A stretch of DNA of 36,045 nucleotides from assembly GCF_001194135.2 (NCBI RefSeq), contig NC_068998.1, positions 6,816,837 to 6,852,881 on the forward strand, read 5' to 3'. Position 1 is the stretch's first letter, and each line of letters begins with the position of its first letter. A program made the translations under genes and the position numbers. This document shows positions 32,513 through 36,045 of this stretch, piece after piece. Origin of the DNA: Octopus bimaculoides (lineage: Eukaryota). Below the pieces are notes generated by a model. That model did no database searches. It was not told where the DNA came from and worked only from the letters and a program-made list of their open reading frames with translations.

Positions 32513-33278
32513 NNNNNNNNNNNNNNNNNNNNNNNNNNNNNNNNNNNNNNNNNNNNNNNNNNNNNNNNNNNNNNNNNNNNNNNNNNNNNNNNNNNNNNNN
32601 NNNNNNNNNNNNNNNNNNNNNNNNNNNNNNNNNNNNNNNNNNNNNNNNNNNNNNNNNNNNNNNNNNNNNNNNNNNNNNNNNNNNNNNNNNNNNNNNNNNN
32701 NNNNNNNNNNNNNNNNNNNNNNNNNNNNNNNNNNNNNNNNNNNNNNNNNNNNNNNNNNNNNNNNNNNNNNNNNNNNNNNNNNNNNNNNNNNNNNNNNNNN
32801 NNNNNNNNNNNNNNNNNNNNNNNNNNNNNNNNNNNNNNNNNNNNNNNNNNNNNNNNNNNNNNNNNNNNNNNNNNNNNNNNNNNNNNNNNNNNNNNNNNNN
32901 NNNNNNNNNNNNNNNNNNNNNNNNNNNNNNNNNNNNNNNNNNNNNNNNNNNNNNNNNNNNNNNNNNNNNNNNNNNNNNNNNNNNNNNNNNNNNNNNNNNN
33001 NNNNNNNNNNNNNNNNNNNNNNNNNNNNNNNNNNNNNNNNNNNNNNNNNNNNNNNNNNNNNNNNNNNNNNNNNNNNNNNNNNNNNNNNNNNNNNNNNNNN
33101 NNNNNNNNNNNNNNNNNNNNNNNNNNNNNNNNNNNNNNNNNNNNNNNNNNNNNNNNNNNNNNNNNNNNNNNNNNNNNNNNNNNNNNNNNNNNNNNNNNNN
33201 NNNNNNNNNNNNNNNNNNNNNNNNNNNNNNNNNNNNNNNNNNNNNNNNNNNNNNNNNNNNNNNNNNNNNNNNNNNNNA
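32513..33278. other. Assembly gap (others at 26170-26302, 29963-30387, 35041-35114, plus several 10-N gaps)
   Basis: Runs of N, mostly flanked by (TA)n. Confidence 0.99.
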
Positions 33279-33319
33279 AAAAAAGACTATTTAAATATCG
33301 TAAGAAACAAAAAAAAAAA

Positions 33320-33497
33320 AAATAGTGATGGTAACAATAATGATAATAATCATGGTGATATTAACAACAACAACAATAATAATAATAATAAAATAATAAT
33401 AATAAAATCATAATAAAATAATAATAATAATAATATTAATGTTATTAATATTAGCAATAATAATTCTAATAATAACAATATAACTAAGAGTTGTAGC

Positions 33498-33559
<62 letters not shown>

Positions 33560-33720
33560 TAATAATAACAATAATAATATTATTAATGTTAGCAATAATA
33601 ATTGTGAAAATAATAATAATTCTAATAATAACAGTAATACTAAGAGTCATAATAATAATAATAATAGTAGTAGTAGTAGTAGTAGTAATAGTCGTAATGA
33701 TCGTAGTAATAATAATGGCC
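33320..33720. repeat. (AAT)n/(AGT)n compound repeat with internal block duplication
   Basis: The block ttagcaataataatt...ctaataataaca..taactaagagt...(agt)n occurs twice. Confidence 0.9.
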
Positions 33721-34356
33721 ATAAATGGGGAAAAAAATCTATTTTATTGTATATTGGTGGAAGGAAATTGTTTGATATAAACAGCAATTAAAAGTGACTT
33801 TTACCTAGAATGTCATCTTGTAAATGGTTACTCCAAAAGACTTCTACAGCAAAGAACTGAACAGAAGATATTACTTTCGTTTTGTCTTCTGTGTTGATTT
33901 GGTTTATAGTTGTTCTATTCTCTCTTTTTCTCCTTTTAGATCCTGCCCCCTCCCCTCTTATTTCTTCGCTTTCTTTGTCTTCTTGTTTTTGTAATTTCAT
34001 TTATTCATTGTGTCTTTCTTTCTTTCCTTCTTTCTTTCTTTCTTTTCTCTTATCTATATACTCACATTCATGGATATAATCATATATTACACACACACAC
34101 ACACACATGTATTTGTGTTCTTGTGCTTATATATAAACAAAGTCTACAGAAGGTGTTCCACTTGATGAATAAATTATTCTTCGTCTTCTCACTCCAAAGT
34201 CCAAAGACTTTGGAATGAGCTGTTGAACAAGAGCAGAATGTATCTTCTCCAAAGAGCAGAATTCATCAACTCTTAACGAATGCAAACGAGAAAATATTCT
34301 TTGGCATTGTTACCTGAGGGGTCATGACAGTTTTTTTTTTTTATAGATAATGGTGC

Positions 34357-34418
34357 AGGAGTGGCTGTGTGGTAAGTAGCTTGCTTACCAACCACATGGT
34401 TCTGGGTTTAGTCCTACT
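34357..34418 (+). mobile_element. SINE family A head only
   Basis: aggagtggctgtgtggtaagtagcttgcttaccaaccacatggttctgggtttagtcc. Confidence 0.8.
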
Positions 34419-34989
34419 GGTAGCACTTGCATGTGTGAGTTGTTTGCAAGACATTTAAAACACTGTTAGCAGGCAATTTGAAACTCTGATGTTTGCAATT
34501 TGCTCTGCACCGTAGACTGCAGTGGCCACTGGTATCGTATGGAGTTGCATTGACGTGGATTGTGACAGCTGAACAGAAATGTAACATCTGTATTTGCAAC
34601 TGGATCATTATATGCATGGTTTTGTAAGGGAAACATATCAAAATATCCTTTGAATAACATCCTACCACCTTAAAAGAGGAAGGACACATTGGATAATGTA
34701 GTTTTTTGATACTTAAATATACAGGACTGACACAGCTGGAGTGCGTTTGATCATAGGCTTGATCAGTCAGGGCTGACCTGGGGCTAAACAGCAATAACAT
34801 AATTAAAAATAAGTGACAAACACCATAAAAAAAAAGAATGTAAATAAAATCTCAATGCAGCAAGGTAGGTTTGTTTTACAAACATCGGATGGATTAAGTA
34901 AAGCAGTCGACCAAATTGTGGAATATTCGTTGAGTTTACAAACATGGCCATATATTTAACTTCAAAGGTAGCTCAATGTTTGAATTATT

Positions 34990-35038
<49 letters not shown>

Positions 35039-35992
35039 AANNNNNNNNNNNNNNNNNNNNNNNNNNNNNNNNNNNNNNNNNNNNNNNNNNNNNNNNNNNN
35101 NNNNNNNNNNNNNNAAAAAAAAAAAAAATTTGGTTGCCATTTCATGTGGCAATGAAAAATCTGGAAGTTAAGAGAATTTATATTGATAAAACAAATCCAG
35201 GAGATAAAATTTTGCTGAAAGAATAACAATGTACAAACATCGGATTAAAAGTAGAGAAACTACAGAAAATAATCGCATTGTATATAGACACAGAAGTAGT
35301 AACTTGCTAGCAACCGCTATTTGAAAATTGGGTACTCGGTTAAAAAACCCCGAAAGGTTGCAGTTACTTTCATATACAAAATTCCTCAACATAACCAAAA
35401 TATGTGATAAAGAAATTAAAAAAATTGAAATATAAATACATTTAAAAAACAAAAGGAAAGAAGGAGATGAATCCATATTAACATAATTTGGGAAGAATAA
35501 TCTGTAATAAATAAAAGCAAAGAAGTTTGTTGTTAGAATGTCGAAAATCCCTTTACTAGAAAGAAGTGTTTATGGTGCCGACAGTCGTTAATTTTGTTTA
35601 GTGTTTTCTCTTTCTTTTTTTTTTTGCTTTGTTAATATTTTTGTGAACATTATCATGATTGATCACTTGGGTGATTTAAAAAAAAAAACAAACAATAAAA
35701 AGACATAATAAGAACAAGGGCAAAATAAATTGATAATCATTGTTGATGCTTGGTTAGATGTGTGTGTGTATGAAATATTCCTGACCGAAGTACATTTTGA
35801 TATTACTCTTTTAAAATAAATGTGTGTGTGTGTGTGTGTGTGTGTGTATACACATATATTGTATATACACATATATTGTATATACACATATGCACATACA
35901 CATATACGTGTATATGTGTGTGTTTATATATATATATGTATATATGTATATATGTATGTATATATATGTATATATGTATGTATATATACATA

Positions 35993-36045
<53 letters not shown>

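Noticed and set aside
32297-33780. ORFs of 270-340 aa and poly-I/L/N ORFs
   Set aside because: They consist of N gap plus (AAT)n/(AGT)n repeats.

Overview
Very AT-rich, microsatellite- and SINE-dense eukaryotic scaffold with several N gaps. The repeat families and composition suggest an octopus-like cephalopod (inference from recalled repeat sequences, no database search). Two protein-coding genes lie head-to-head. (1) A SEC22A/SEC22C-like longin-domain membrane protein on the minus strand, for which I found five GT-AG coding exons (14543-14350, 13433-13270, 11187-11063, 10453-10385, 9514-9311). One internal exon expected from the vertebrate homologue is not visible and may sit in the N gap at 12671-12680. 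(2) CFAP221 (PCDP1), a motile-cilium central-pair protein, on the plus strand: the first two coding exons (19452-19572, 31283-31473) are separated by an 11.7 kb intron and lie downstream of a promoter with a near-perfect RFX X-box and ETS sites. The rest is mostly tRNA-derived SINEs (several families, by my own labels A-D), decayed LINE fragments (RTE, CR1/Jockey-like, R4/Dong-like), DNA-transposon remnants (Tc1/mariner, hAT end, piggyBac-like MITE) and simple repeats. Most ORFs in the supplied track are microsatellite or gap artefacts. Several 10-N gaps are flanked by exact duplications, which are probably assembly artefacts. I found no clearly novel multi-gene system. The best leads are the missing SEC22 exon, an orphan antisense exon and a possible intronic polyadenylation exon inside the CFAP221 intron, and inverted SINE pairs that could form dsRNA around exons. 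Repeat boundaries are approximate (about +/-20 bp).
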